A DNA stretch of 64,000 bases from an uncultured virus (IMG/VR IMGVR_UViG_3300011754_000016) (taxonomy: Duplodnaviria; Heunggongvirae; Uroviricota; Caudoviricetes), in the IMG/VR virus record IMGVR_UViG_3300011754_000016, positions 1 to 64,000 of that record. The stretch is one strand, 5' to 3'. A model generated the notes under the pieces. It saw only the letters and a list, made by a program, of their open reading frames with translations. It searched no databases and was not told the DNA's origin. This document shows positions 53,872-63,283 of this stretch, piece by piece. A program made the translations under genes and the position numbers. The first letter of the stretch is position 1. Each line of letters starts with the position of its first letter.

Positions 53872-56413
53872 GAGCCAATCCTCTATCTGATATGTTTTGC
53901 GAGATTGTATCACTACTTGCCTGCAACACGATAGGCTTATTGCTGCCACCGCTGTCGAGTCTTTCAGTAATCTTTGGCATGCTTGGGATGACAATATTGG
54001 GGATAATAGGTAGACGTGATGGCGTTGCGCCAAAATTTTGGCTTGCCGGCATAAAGCTTGAGGCAGCTTTGATGTTACTGCCTTTGGGTGCGGCAGTTTT
54101 TGGCGGGGCAGTGGTTGCAGTAGTAGCGTGACTGCGATAAATACCCTCAGCCAACTTTGCTCGCTCTCGCTTTTCCGCCTCAACGGCAGCTGGGCGCTCA
54201 TAGTATTGCGACACAATTGCGCCGGCTTGAGCGGCTGAAGTTGCCCGTTTAAGCTTATTGCCCGCGCCTTGCTCAGTGCCGCGAGTCAGCTCGTAGTTAA
54301 CGAACTTAAGCTGATCCTGAAAAGTTGATTGCGAAATGCTTTTACCAAACGCTTTTTTAAAATTAGCTTGACGATCCGGATGCCACTGCGCCAAACCATA
54401 CGCTTTGCCGCCATCGCCCTTTTTGCGTCCTGAAATTACATCGTTTGAAAACTGACTTTCTTTTTGCAAGTTGCCAACAATGCCAGCTGCTTGCGCTTTC
54501 GTCCAGCCCTGACTCATAAAATAGTCCATGGCTTGTTTTGCCTTGCCGCTTGATGTTGCTGATGCAGGCGCACTAGATCCGCTAGATCCCGCATTAGGGT
54601 TTACCATTCTTGCGATAACTGGCTTAATCCGCCCTGATTTAATATCTTCATAATAAGTTTTGCTTGGCGCACCGGTATTGCCATATTTATTGCCTTGTTT
54701 AAAATCTGAAACCCAACCGTCGCGAGTATAAATTGCCGCATGACCTGCGCCATTTTTTGAGTTACTGCTTGGCGTCATGCTCATAACATCACCAATTTGC
54801 GGAACGTAATTATCGCTGTATTGAACCTGCTTAAATTTACCCTTGTTAAGCGCAATTAGGTTGCCAGCAACGTCTTTACCATTTCCTTGTGCTTGCAAGC
54901 CTTGTGATCTAAAAGCGTTGTTTACATACTCTGCGCACTTACCAAGCGATACCATAGCTGCTTTTTGAATAGCATGATCCGACGCTTTCATAGCAGCGTC
55001 AGCCGGCGTTCCATCCGCTGAAAAACCAGCATTACCACCAAAACCCATTGTCGCCTTGATGCGGTCCCATAGGCTGCCGCCGCCATCACCGCCGGCGCTA
55101 CCCTCGTCATAGCCGACCATGTTTGACAGCTTGCCTTTAAACCAACCCCAAACCGTTTTTGAGCCAAGAAAAAAAGGATTCAACCCACCCAAAAAACCTT
55201 TAAGCATAGCTTTTGGCAGATCAGCGCGGTTAAGATTTGTGGTCCATCTTGAAATATAAGGCGAAACGGTGGTTGCTAAAACCTCACCACCTTTGCTGCC
55301 AATCCAGCCGCCAATAGTCGCGCCGGCAATTGTCCCAATAGGACCACCTAATGATCCTACCACACCGCCAATGACCGCACCCGCGCCACCGCCTGCAACC
55401 GAACCAACTTGTTCGGTTTTTTCTTGCTTGCTCAAGCCTCCCCAATCCATTGCAAGGCTACCTGCGCCGGCAAGCGCTGCTAATGCCCCCAATCCTTTGA
55501 CGCTGCCAAGCGCACCAAGACCACGACCACCAAGTTCACCCAATCGTCCCAAGGTCCCACGCCAGCCACCTCGACCGCGACCACGCCGGCGGCGGTTTCT
55601 ATCACGACCGCCGCGACCGCCCAGCAAGCCACCACCAAAGCCGCTGGAATTACGATTACTTTTTAGTATTGCCTTCCAAATCTTATCAAGCAACTTCTCA
55701 TTTTCACGATTGTGCCGATCTTGATCTTGTGGCAATGGCTCACGGCGCTTCATTGAGCGAAACTTTGACACGCTAAACTTAGCGCCACGACCAATCATTT
55801 TTGCACCGCGTCCAAGCGGGCTGAGTAATGTCTTGGCTTCATTAAGACTGTCAAGCACCGGATCGACGCCGCCAGCATTGACTCCGGTTTGACCTAGATT
55901 TTTAATACTTTCATTTAGCTTGCTGGCAAGTCTATCATCCGCACCGCTACTTCCTGACGTAAATCGTCCGTTACTGTCACGTTCGCGCCGGCGCGGCGTT
56001 TGGCTATCCGTTCCAGTATCAGCAAGATCGGCGCTGTTTTCTCCACCTTGTGAGTCACGCTGCAACCGCTCACGCTGTTCAGCGCGTTCGCGAGCGCTTA
56101 CAGACCCGGCGCTTATCCGTGATGGCGGTTGTGGATTGCGGTTTAAGGGCGCATTACTTGGCGGACGTGGATTGTTATTTCCCGCTGATTGCCTTTGACG
56201 CTCAGCGCGATTGCTTGCCGCTTGCTGATTGTTTGATTGGATTAAGCGGTTCTCAAGCGTTCGTGTCAGTTTTGCCATGCGCGTATTGGCGATTTGCATC
56301 TGACTTTTTAAGACTTGGATAATCTCTTGCGTGTCATCATGAACGCGGTCAATCCCCTCGCGCATTTTATTGATGCCGACAATGAAGCCGGCGTCATCAT
56401 ACTGAATAGCCAT
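53831..56413 (-). CDS. Tape-measure-like protein with CHAP/NlpC-like and phage-tail-lysozyme domains
   Basis: Gly-rich hydrophobic core; GKCAEYV..GHAAIY..WVSDFKQ; QAAGIVGNLQKES..AYGLAQW..YYERP. Confidence 0.8.
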   Translation of the reverse strand: MAIQYDDAGFIVGINKMREGIDRVHDDTQEIIQVLKSQMQIANTRMAKLTRTLENRLIQSNNQQAASNRAERQRQSAGNNNPRPPSNAPLNRNPQPPSRISAGSVSARERAEQRERLQRDSQGGENSADLADTGTDSQTPRRRERDSNGRFTSGSSGADDRLASKLNESIKNLGQTGVNAGGVDPVLDSLNEAKTLLSPLGRGAKMIGRGAKFSVSKFRSMKRREPLPQDQDRHNRENEKLLDKIWKAILKSNRNSSGFGGGLLGGRGGRDRNRRRRGRGRGGWRGTLGRLGELGGRGLGALGSVKGLGALAALAGAGSLAMDWGGLSKQEKTEQVGSVAGGGAGAVIGGVVGSLGGPIGTIAGATIGGWIGSKGGEVLATTVSPYISRWTTNLNRADLPKAMLKGFLGGLNPFFLGSKTVWGWFKGKLSNMVGYDEGSAGGDGGGSLWDRIKATMGFGGNAGFSADGTPADAAMKASDHAIQKAAMVSLGKCAEYVNNAFRSQGLQAQGNGKDVAGNLIALNKGKFKQVQYSDNYVPQIGDVMSMTPSSNSKNGAGHAAIYTRDGWVSDFKQGNKYGNTGAPSKTYYEDIKSGRIKPVIARMVNPNAGSSGSSAPASATSSGKAKQAMDYFMSQGWTKAQAAGIVGNLQKESQFSNDVISGRKKGDGGKAYGLAQWHPDRQANFKKAFGKSISQSTFQDQLKFVNYELTRGTEQGAGNKLKRATSAAQAGAIVSQYYERPAAVEAEKRERAKLAEGIYRSHATTATTAPPKTAAPKGSNIKAASSFMPASQNFGATPSRLPIIPNIVIPSMPKITERLDSGGSNKPIVLQASSDTISQNISDRGLAHAITGGLGQDRWG

Positions 56414-56446
56414 AATTGTGCCTTTTTAATCTAAGATTGTTCTTAG

Positions 56447-56486
56447 ATTATGGCACTTGCAAGCGTGAAAGCCGCGCCAGTGTTCC
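56447..56486 (-). promoter_or_regulatory. Late promoter motif (tape measure)
   Basis: GGAACAC, then CATAAT 29 nt after GGAAC. Confidence 0.65.
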
Positions 56487-56499
56487 TTTGGCGTGCCAG

Positions 56500-57354
56500 C
56501 TAGTCATCAACTGCCGTATAGTCAATCTCATCAATCTCGCTGTCCATTTCAGCGTCTAAGTCGTCAAGGGCTACGCCTGATTCGTCCATCTGCTCCATTC
56601 GGCGCAAACGCTCTTTGAGTTCAGGAAGCATTTTGTCGCGCGCGGCACGTTCTGCAATATCAATACCCTTAAGTTTATCAAGCGCTCCTAGGCGGCGGTC
56701 TTGCTCGGACTCTTTAAAGTCTTCAGGTGCAATACCGCAAAGCGGCATTTCAACTTCGGCGATCATTTTCATTGATCGTGAAAACTTATCAAGTGTGGTG
56801 GCGATACTGTCCGTCAAGACAAGCGCTTTTTGGATTTCTTCGCCATCGCCCCCAAACTCAACATCGTGGATCATTTGCTCAGTTATCTCTATACCTTTGT
56901 CGGCAAGATGACCAAGACGAGCAAAGCGCCGGCGCGTCTTTTGGATGATGGCGGCACGAGCCTTGCTGTCCATCACCACCTTGTCGTAAATTTCCACTAT
57001 TTTTTGCTGCATTGGTTCCAAACTGGTTCTTGGTTCCACCGCTTCGACATTATTAGTTTTTGATGGAACCACTTCGCTTCTTGGTTCCAACTGGTTCCGT
57101 TTTTTCGCCTGTTTTGATGGTTTTGGTTCCACTGGTTCCGCCACTGGTTCCACTTTTCTAACTGTTTTGACCTTTTCCCACCCCTCTTTATTTCTTTTCT
57201 TACTGATGGTTCCATTCGACTTTGGTGCATCATCACCAAAGTGAATCGTTAGTTCCTCAACCATTTCACGGTCGCTGATGTTTGGTGTATTCTCCCAAAT
57301 AAACCTAGCAGCTGCCCAAACATCATCAAGCGGCATATCCTTATACTTCATCAA
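56500..57354 (-). CDS. Putative terminase small subunit (PacA-like)
   Basis: N-terminal HTH (WAAARFIWE..TISKKRNKEGW), helical core, internal DNA repeat cluster. Confidence 0.6.
   Translation of the reverse strand: MMKYKDMPLDDVWAAARFIWENTPNISDREMVEELTIHFGDDAPKSNGTISKKRNKEGWEKVKTVRKVEPVAEPVEPKPSKQAKKRNQLEPRSEVVPSKTNNVEAVEPRTSLEPMQQKIVEIYDKVVMDSKARAAIIQKTRRRFARLGHLADKGIEITEQMIHDVEFGGDGEEIQKALVLTDSIATTLDKFSRSMKMIAEVEMPLCGIAPEDFKESEQDRRLGALDKLKGIDIAERAARDKMLPELKERLRRMEQMDESGVALDDLDAEMDSEIDEIDYTAVDD
57013..57214. repeat. TGGTTCC repeat cluster (candidate pac site)
   Basis: Copies at 57013, 57031, 57082, 57092, 57124, 57133, 57145, 57207; variant at 57024; inverted copy at 57064. Confidence 0.75.
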
Positions 57355-58093
57355 TCACTCCATCATCAATCACCTGTGGGCGTGGTAGTGGCAAAGAAAA
57401 CTGATAACCTCTACGCCGATCCAGCATCATGTGGTGTTTGTCTTCTAAATCGACACGCTCCATTCGCTGCGACAATTGAGTTTGCACCGCCATTTGCTGC
57501 TTTAATATTTCATCTTCGATAATTCGGATCGTATCTTGAGCATCACGCAAAGCCTTTGCCATTTGAATTGATGGGATTTGACCTGCCGGCAAGTCGCTTT
57601 TGATTTGATTGCAAAGCGCCTTAGCGTTTTCAAGCAGCGCACCTAAATTGTCCTGCGATACGCTTTTAACATGACCGATCAAAACCTCTGCCATCTGATT
57701 GGTCAAAAAATCCACCATATCACGCGATTGGTTGACCACATGATTAACCGTCCCTGCCAGCGCATCAAGCTCAGGCTCAACCGACAAGCCGCATAAGTAA
57801 TCAAGTGAGCAGCCGTAAAGCTCCTGAAACTTTAAAATCTCAATCACGGTTAAGCTTTTGCGCCCCTTTTCAATCTCGCAAATGCGGTTACGGTTGTCAG
57901 TCACACCCCAAATTGCTTTCATAACATCCGATTGACTAAGCCCTGCATTGTTTCGCGCGGCTCTTAAATTCGCTCCCAAAACCTCGTTAACGTCTTTAAT
58001 ATCACGATTTGTATAAATTATCCTTTTTGTCACAACGTCCCCCAGCTTGCCCGCCAATCCCAAACCCTCTATAATCTCGTTGTGACTCACCAT
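57341..58093 (-). CDS. XRE-family HTH protein
   Basis: NLRAARNNAGLSQ..ICEIEKG..YGCSLDYLCGL. Confidence 0.8.
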   Translation of the reverse strand: MVSHNEIIEGLGLAGKLGDVVTKRIIYTNRDIKDVNEVLGANLRAARNNAGLSQSDVMKAIWGVTDNRNRICEIEKGRKSLTVIEILKFQELYGCSLDYLCGLSVEPELDALAGTVNHVVNQSRDMVDFLTNQMAEVLIGHVKSVSQDNLGALLENAKALCNQIKSDLPAGQIPSIQMAKALRDAQDTIRIIEDEILKQQMAVQTQLSQRMERVDLEDKHHMMLDRRRGYQFSLPLPRPQVIDDGVIDEV

Positions 58094-58147
58094 CGCACCA
58101 AAGCCACGCCCGCCAGCGTGGGTTTTTGCTTTTTTAATGCCTACAAA

Positions 58148-58363
58148 TCAAACCCTATCAATCGCGCTGTTTTGCCAATCACTCCCATCGTATTCATCGC
58201 CCAGATGGCACACCCCTCTAGGGCTGCCGAAAAACTCCTCAAGACCCTGCATGAGTTCGGACTTGCTTTTGTCATAACCCCAGACCCAACCGTCAGCGTC
58301 AATAGCCGCACTTTTAACCCAATCCGGCGCACCATTAAAAACATCTTGCGTTAACTTTTTCAT
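58148..58363 (-). CDS. Small phage hypothetical protein
   Basis: 71 aa; APDWVKSAAIDADG motif. Confidence 0.65.
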   Translation of the reverse strand: MKKLTQDVFNGAPDWVKSAAIDADGWVWGYDKSKSELMQGLEEFFGSPRGVCHLGDEYDGSDWQNSAIDRV

Positions 58364-58370
58364 AATTCCC

Positions 58371-58676
58371 TCAACACTTATAAATTGAGTCGCTAACCGA
58401 CCCCAAATTCAAATCAGCACAATCCGTCAATGCGCCACCTTCAGCATCCCAGCGGTGGCTATCGCCTTCGGTATCGATCTTGCCATCCTCACCGATTAGG
58501 TAGGTGCAGCTATAGCGCTGCAAATCATGGTTGTAGCTCATACCAACACAAAGCACACCATCAACCGTAAGCGCGATATTTTTAAAGTATGCCCAAGCAT
58601 TTGGCTTGTTGGCTCGCGCAGCATCACGCCGTTTGAGCCACTCTTTTTGACCAGCCGTAAAAGCTTTATCGCTCAT
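58371..58676 (-). CDS. Hypothetical protein
   Basis: 101 aa in a coupled early-gene run. Confidence 0.6.
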   Translation of the reverse strand: MSDKAFTAGQKEWLKRRDAARANKPNAWAYFKNIALTVDGVLCVGMSYNHDLQRYSCTYLIGEDGKIDTEGDSHRWDAEGGALTDCADLNLGSVSDSIYKC

Positions 58677-58860
58677 TTGCCATCACCGCAATCAAGCTTG
58701 CCAGCGCAGAACCGCCCAAAACGCAAACTACGCCACCGTAAAAGCAGCTCATGCTACCGCTGAAATACCACTGCCAAAGCATTAATGCGGCGGCAAGCGC
58801 TTGAAATAAGCTGCTAAAAGTTAGGATTGGTCGGCGTGCGAACTTGTCAATCAGTTTCAT
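58666..58860 (-). CDS. Small membrane protein
   Basis: 64 aa, two hydrophobic segments. Confidence 0.55.
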   Translation of the reverse strand: MKLIDKFARRPILTFSSLFQALAAALMLWQWYFSGSMSCFYGGVVCVLGGSALASLIAVMANER

Positions 58861-59033
58861 TTCGCACCCGCCTTTGCCTTACTATCGCGCACCAAATACC
58901 ATGCGCTAAATAATGCACAAACCACTCCGCAAAACAGGCTCAGCCAATTGCCGTCAGCCACGCCTGCCAGCGCCAGTCCGACCGCAGCAATAGCCGCGAT
59001 CAACGCTATGACTTGATTAAAGCTGAGATTCAT
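58857..59033 (-). CDS. Small membrane protein
   Basis: Two hydrophobic segments; start MNLSF after a GGAG RBS. Confidence 0.55.
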   Translation of the reverse strand: MNLSFNQVIALIAAIAAVGLALAGVADGNWLSLFCGVVCALFSAWYLVRDSKAKAGAK

Positions 59034-59205
59034 GATGTGCTCCTTGTGCCTCATAGTCGTTTACCGCCTCCACCAGTAAATCCACCGATTCCACCATCAT
59101 TTCAGCGTAAAAAATTTCACCAGTTGCGGTCTTATCGCTTTCATACTCCTTAAGCGAATCCCTTACTTTTTTCGCCGCCTCAATAACCGCTTGTGATCTA
59201 TCCAT
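59017..59205 (-). CDS. Hypothetical protein
   Basis: 62 aa, coupled. Confidence 0.55.
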   Translation of the reverse strand: MDRSQAVIEAAKKVRDSLKEYESDKTATGEIFYAEMMVESVDLLVEAVNDYEAQGAHHESQL

Positions 59206-59818
59206 GGGTCACACTCTCCATTGCCGCTTCACCTGCCAGCGCCATATAAGCCGCCCCATCAATGTAATTGTCCGGCTTGTCCTCGCCTTGCTCTGAGCGC
59301 ACCAATTTGACGATGACCATAAACTTATTGCCCTGCTCAGGCGTGAGCTTAATGCCCGTTACTGCCTCAAAAGCAGCTACAATTTGCGGCATTGAGCGTT
59401 CTTTATCGTTGCCGTTTTTATCGTAAGACTTGCCACGTTCAACCATGATGGCAATGGCGTCTTTTAGGATTTGGTCGGCGGTTGATCTCTTAGAAAAAGT
59501 TTTTAAAAAATCCGAAATCGGTAGCGCCATAAAGCCCGGTCCACCAGTATATTGATACTCAATAACCGTTGATGTGATCCGCGTTACTTCACACTCATAC
59601 CCGCTTTCGTTAAACCATCCACGACCAAGCTCTATCTGCTTCATAGGCGCGGTATCTTCTATACCGTCAATATCCGCGCTATCGTCTGAGCAGTTTTTAA
59701 TGAACTGGCACATTTGGCAGACACCACCATTTTTAATAGCGATAGCATCAATGCTTTGCGGCGCTTGGATCTTGCCGCAACTTGGGCAATAATCTTTCCA
59801 TTCTTTAACATCACTCAC
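59198..59818 (-). CDS. DUF6378-domain protein with an N-terminal zinc ribbon
   Basis: ERGKSYD..ERSM..FMVIVKLVR..DNYIDGAAYMALAGE; two CxxC motifs. Confidence 0.7.
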   Translation of the reverse strand: MSDVKEWKDYCPSCGKIQAPQSIDAIAIKNGGVCQMCQFIKNCSDDSADIDGIEDTAPMKQIELGRGWFNESGYECEVTRITSTVIEYQYTGGPGFMALPISDFLKTFSKRSTADQILKDAIAIMVERGKSYDKNGNDKERSMPQIVAAFEAVTGIKLTPEQGNKFMVIVKLVRSEQGEDKPDNYIDGAAYMALAGEAAMESVTHG

Positions 59819-60162
59819 AGCCCTGCTCCTTGTTTGATCGCTTCTGATAATTCATTAAGTTTTTCGCTACGGTCGCTCAAATAACCTACCTGAGACAACA
59901 CTTCGGGACGCGCCGGCAAGTCGTAGCCCTTTGATCTGCAAAAACTGCTAATCGCATTGGCGTCATCAAGACACGTTAATGCGCCGATTTTATTTTCAAT
60001 TTTTGATAGCTTTGATACTTGCCAGCCCATCACGTCAGCCATACTTAGCAGCGTTAAGCCGCATTTTTGGCGCATTTTTCTGATCTCAACACCCAAAGCG
60101 CAGGCAAGGTTTACATCATCAGGACTTTTAATCATTAAGTCGTACTCATTCACAACTTCCAC
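59815..60162 (-). CDS. XRE-family HTH protein
   Basis: IRKMRQKCGLTL..SKLSKIEN. Confidence 0.7.
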   Translation of the reverse strand: MEVVNEYDLMIKSPDDVNLACALGVEIRKMRQKCGLTLLSMADVMGWQVSKLSKIENKIGALTCLDDANAISSFCRSKGYDLPARPEVLSQVGYLSDRSEKLNELSEAIKQGAGL

Positions 60163-60620
60163 TCCTTCAGATTTTTATTGTTTGTTTCGTAAATCTCGAT
60201 GCCGTACTTATCAAGCATATTTTTTGCTTTATTGATATAGGTTTGCGTTCGGCGACCTTTGAAATCCTCAACCACCTCGCGCCCTGTTTGGTTATTGAAA
60301 TAAACAAAGTCGGCGATATAAAACATAGCGCGAACGGTCACGCCGCTGTCTGTTTTGGTTTTTGGTGTCAGCTTGTACTTGACCTGCAAGCGCAAATCTT
60401 TAACCAAACCCTTGCGCTCAAAATCTCGCAATTGCTTGTAACGCTCACCTTCGCCAATTGAGTCAAATTTAATGCCGTCAATAACTACCGGCTCATTGTT
60501 ATATTTGCGCTTGGCTGGCTTGTCGGTAGCAAACGCGGCAAGTTTGGCTTTGTTTTTAAGACCCACCTTGCTTGCCGCAATATCCGACCAAGACAGCTTT
60601 GATTTTGGTCGCTTAGCCAT
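60150..60620 (-). CDS. DUF1064 PD-(D/E)xK nuclease-like protein
   Basis: KYNN..DGIKFDS..YIADFVY..VVEDFKG. Confidence 0.85.
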   Translation of the reverse strand: MAKRPKSKLSWSDIAASKVGLKNKAKLAAFATDKPAKRKYNNEPVVIDGIKFDSIGEGERYKQLRDFERKGLVKDLRLQVKYKLTPKTKTDSGVTVRAMFYIADFVYFNNQTGREVVEDFKGRRTQTYINKAKNMLDKYGIEIYETNNKNLKEWKL

Positions 60621-61329
60621 GCTGCTTGCCCGCCTTAACGATCTGCGCAACTGTGGTGGCGTTCGCCTTGGCGATCACCTCAAACTGAGAATAAGCTTCG
60701 CTCAACGTCGCTTTTTTGATGCTGTTAATTTCTGCCACCAAAGCATCAAGGTCCATGCCGCCAAGCTTGAATTTCAACCAAGCACGTTCAAGCAATAGCC
60801 CTTGTTTTTCTTTCGCACTTAAACCCTTAGCGATAACCGGCTCAGGTTGAGCCATAATCTTGCGCTCAGGCGCTTTTGGAAGGTCTTTTGGCGCATTGGT
60901 CGCTTTTACACTTTTAAGCGGCTTATATGGCGTTTTTGGCTTATCTAGGATTTCAGCTTTTGGCTTTTCGGATTCTTGAACTGTCCGGATTTTCCGGATA
61001 GTTGGTTTTGTCTCGCCTGCCGGCAAGTCGAAATTTTGGTTGATAACATCTGCCCTAGTCCGTCTCACTGCCCTTACTTGGTTGTAAGTCAAAGCAAGTG
61101 GAGCGCTGCCAGTTTCGAGGTTTTGCTTAGCCTTGTTGTAATTCGTTTTGGCTTTGGCATGGGCTTCATCGTTTGCTTTGTAGCCATTAAATTTAGGTTT
61201 GTACTCACCAAACTTGCGCTTTTGCTCAGGATCGTCTAGGTCCGTATAGCCTTTTTCAGCCATGTGCCGCTCGATCTTCTGCTCCCAAGTTTCTTCTTCG
61301 ACCTCGGGATTTTGGGGTTTAGTAGTCAT
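60613..61329 (-). CDS. Hypothetical protein
   Basis: 238 aa from MTTKPQ after a GGAGG RBS. Confidence 0.65.
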   Translation of the reverse strand: MTTKPQNPEVEEETWEQKIERHMAEKGYTDLDDPEQKRKFGEYKPKFNGYKANDEAHAKAKTNYNKAKQNLETGSAPLALTYNQVRAVRRTRADVINQNFDLPAGETKPTIRKIRTVQESEKPKAEILDKPKTPYKPLKSVKATNAPKDLPKAPERKIMAQPEPVIAKGLSAKEKQGLLLERAWLKFKLGGMDLDALVAEINSIKKATLSEAYSQFEVIAKANATTVAQIVKAGKQHG

Positions 61330-62753
61330 GCAACCTCCTTGAGGTAAACTTTGATTGCTACTGCTTGCTGAATCCGCTGACCGATCCATGCCATCACATT
61401 AACCGCCATTGAGTTGCCAAGCGCTTTGTAACGTGGACTATCAGGACAATCGCTTGCCGGCTTGCCGCGATAAGGAATTTTGGTAAATCCATCGGGAAAT
61501 CCTTGTAATCGCTCACACTCCATCGGCGTAAGCCTACGGACAACGCTTGGCGGTTGGAAAACCGATTGCGGCTGCTTGGCGTTGTGTGCGCACAGTGTTG
61601 CTGCAACCTCTTCATTCAAGCTAAGGCTCATATTTGCACTGTCAAAAGAATGAACGTTGGCTTTCTGCGGAATCAAAACTAATGGCTTGGTTTCTAAATC
61701 TGCGCCGCCCTGACCATAGGAGGCGGTGATAGCATTAACCTTAGCTGCATCCAAGGCGGTAGGCGAACAGCCGTAAGCCACGCCATGACGATCAGTTGCT
61801 GTCAATGTGTAGCAAGCGCCTGAAGCATCAAAGCCATTACCATTGCCACCATTACCTTCTGAGCGACCAATGATGTTGCCAGCGATAGCAATGACATTTT
61901 CCTGACCGCTATTGCGACCAAGCGCGTTAGCTACATGAGAGTTGCAAATCGGGTCTTGCGAGCCATGGCAGACGATCAGGTCTGTGGCATCTTTATAGTC
62001 ACGAGCGGCGCAAGTTGATGCGATCTCGCCGTCCTTGTATTCGCCTACTCTTTGCTTTGCAAAGCCCTTAACTCCAAGGCGTCCTTAAGCATTGGTGGTA
62101 GCACTTTGCCGCGTTTCTCGGCTCGGCGCAGAATCCCCGCGCAAGCTTTCGCGCTCAAGTAATATCGGTGGTCGACTTGCCCACTCTCCAAAGTCGATGA
62201 CAGCAAACACACGCTTGCGCCGCTGCGCCAATCCGAAGAATTGTGCGTCCAAAACTGCCCATTCGAGCAATCCATGATCGCCCAACGCCGCGCCTTCGCG
62301 TCCCCAACCGTGTTTGGGTGTTTCAATGTCGCTGAGTCCTGCCATGTGGCTAACCACTGCTGCAAAGTCTGCGCCCTTGTTTGAGCTGAATGCGCCCGGT
62401 ACGTTTTCCCAAAGTGCAAATCTTGTGTTGCAGTGTTTTCTTGCATGCTTAATAACTTCCATTGCTGCGTAAAATAGTGAGGAGTGCTTGCCGGCAAGCC
62501 CCATACGGTTTCCGGCGACCGATAAATTTTGGCAAGGCGAACCAAAGACCACCAAGTCAATCTGCCCTAAATCCTTGATTTGCTGCTCAGTGATTTTGGT
62601 CACGTCACCTAAATTTGGAACGCTTGGGTAATGATGCTCAAGCACGGCGCAAGGGAACGGCTCAATTTCGCTGACTGCGACACATTCCCAACCAAGTGGC
62701 GCCCATGCCTGCGTTGCTGCTTCGATTCCGCTGAACAAACTTAGATACCTCAC
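61326..62753 (-). pseudogene. C5-cytosine DNA methyltransferase interrupted by one in-frame TAA (62085-62087)
   Basis: Motifs I (LFSGI), IV (GSPCQ), VI (ENVPG) and VIII (QRRKR) come before the stop; the same frame stays open to RRLTPMECERLQGFPD and YKALGNS. Confidence 0.75.
62045..62446 (-). CDS. Nested alternative-frame MTase beta-subunit-like protein
   Basis: GQFWTHNSSDW..CLLSSTLE..YYLSAKACAGILRRAEKRGKVLP resembles the M.EcoHK31I beta polypeptide. Confidence 0.6.
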   Translation of the reverse strand: MQENTATQDLHFGKTYRAHSAQTRAQTLQQWLATWQDSATLKHPNTVGDAKARRWAIMDCSNGQFWTHNSSDWRSGASVCLLSSTLESGQVDHRYYLSAKACAGILRRAEKRGKVLPPMLKDALELRALQSKE

Positions 62754-62917
62754 GCGCTCACCTCCTCAAATCCCTGCATTAATGTCTTGAGCGACACGAT
62801 GCCATTAAAGCAGCCGTTTAGATGTTTGTACTCAAAGCGACCATGCTCAAGTTTTTCGACAATCTCAATTCTCATACCACCATCCGCGATCCACTGACTA
62901 CCGATCTTGATTTTCAT
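62750..62917 (-). CDS. Small hypothetical protein (55 aa)
   Basis: MKIKIGSQW.. after an AAGGAG RBS. Confidence 0.55.
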   Translation of the reverse strand: MKIKIGSQWIADGGMRIEIVEKLEHGRFEYKHLNGCFNGIVSLKTLMQGFEEVSA

Positions 62918-62927
62918 GCCTAGCTCC

Positions 62928-63281
62928 TTAAAACTCTTTCGTTGCCATTTCAGCGTGAACTTCCCAAAGTGTCGGTTGCTTGATTCTGACTTCCGTGACT
63001 TGGTTGCAGTGGTGGCACTTGGTTTTTCTCTTACCATCAAGCCGGCGCTCAATAATTTTATTCTTAGCTGCTTCGCGCTTAGTGTCTTCAGAATATCGCT
63101 CAAGTCTTTTAGCCCAATCATCTAACGCATCTGAGTAACTCATGATGGCGTCAAAAGGGTCTAACGCTGTTTTGCAATCCTTGCAAGTGATGGATTTATT
63201 GGCTCTATCGATCACAAGGTTGTCATGCTCGCAAGAGTTAACGACCTGAAATTCTTTTTGCTCAAACTTGATAACACTCAT
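62928..63281 (-). CDS. Zinc-binding hypothetical protein
   Basis: CEH, CKDC and CHHC motifs. Confidence 0.65.
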   Translation of the reverse strand: MSVIKFEQKEFQVVNSCEHDNLVIDRANKSITCKDCKTALDPFDAIMSYSDALDDWAKRLERYSEDTKREAAKNKIIERRLDGKRKTKCHHCNQVTEVRIKQPTLWEVHAEMATKEF

Positions 63282-63283
63282 GC

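Noticed and set aside
53872..54216. N-terminal extension of the lipoprotein ORF to 406 aa
   Set aside because: It overlaps the tape-measure gene; the signal peptide and lipobox indicate a start near 53871
9891..56486. GGAAC as an ECF sigma -35 element
   Set aside because: The 28-29-nt distance to a sigma70-like -10 is too long, and no sigma factor gene is in view
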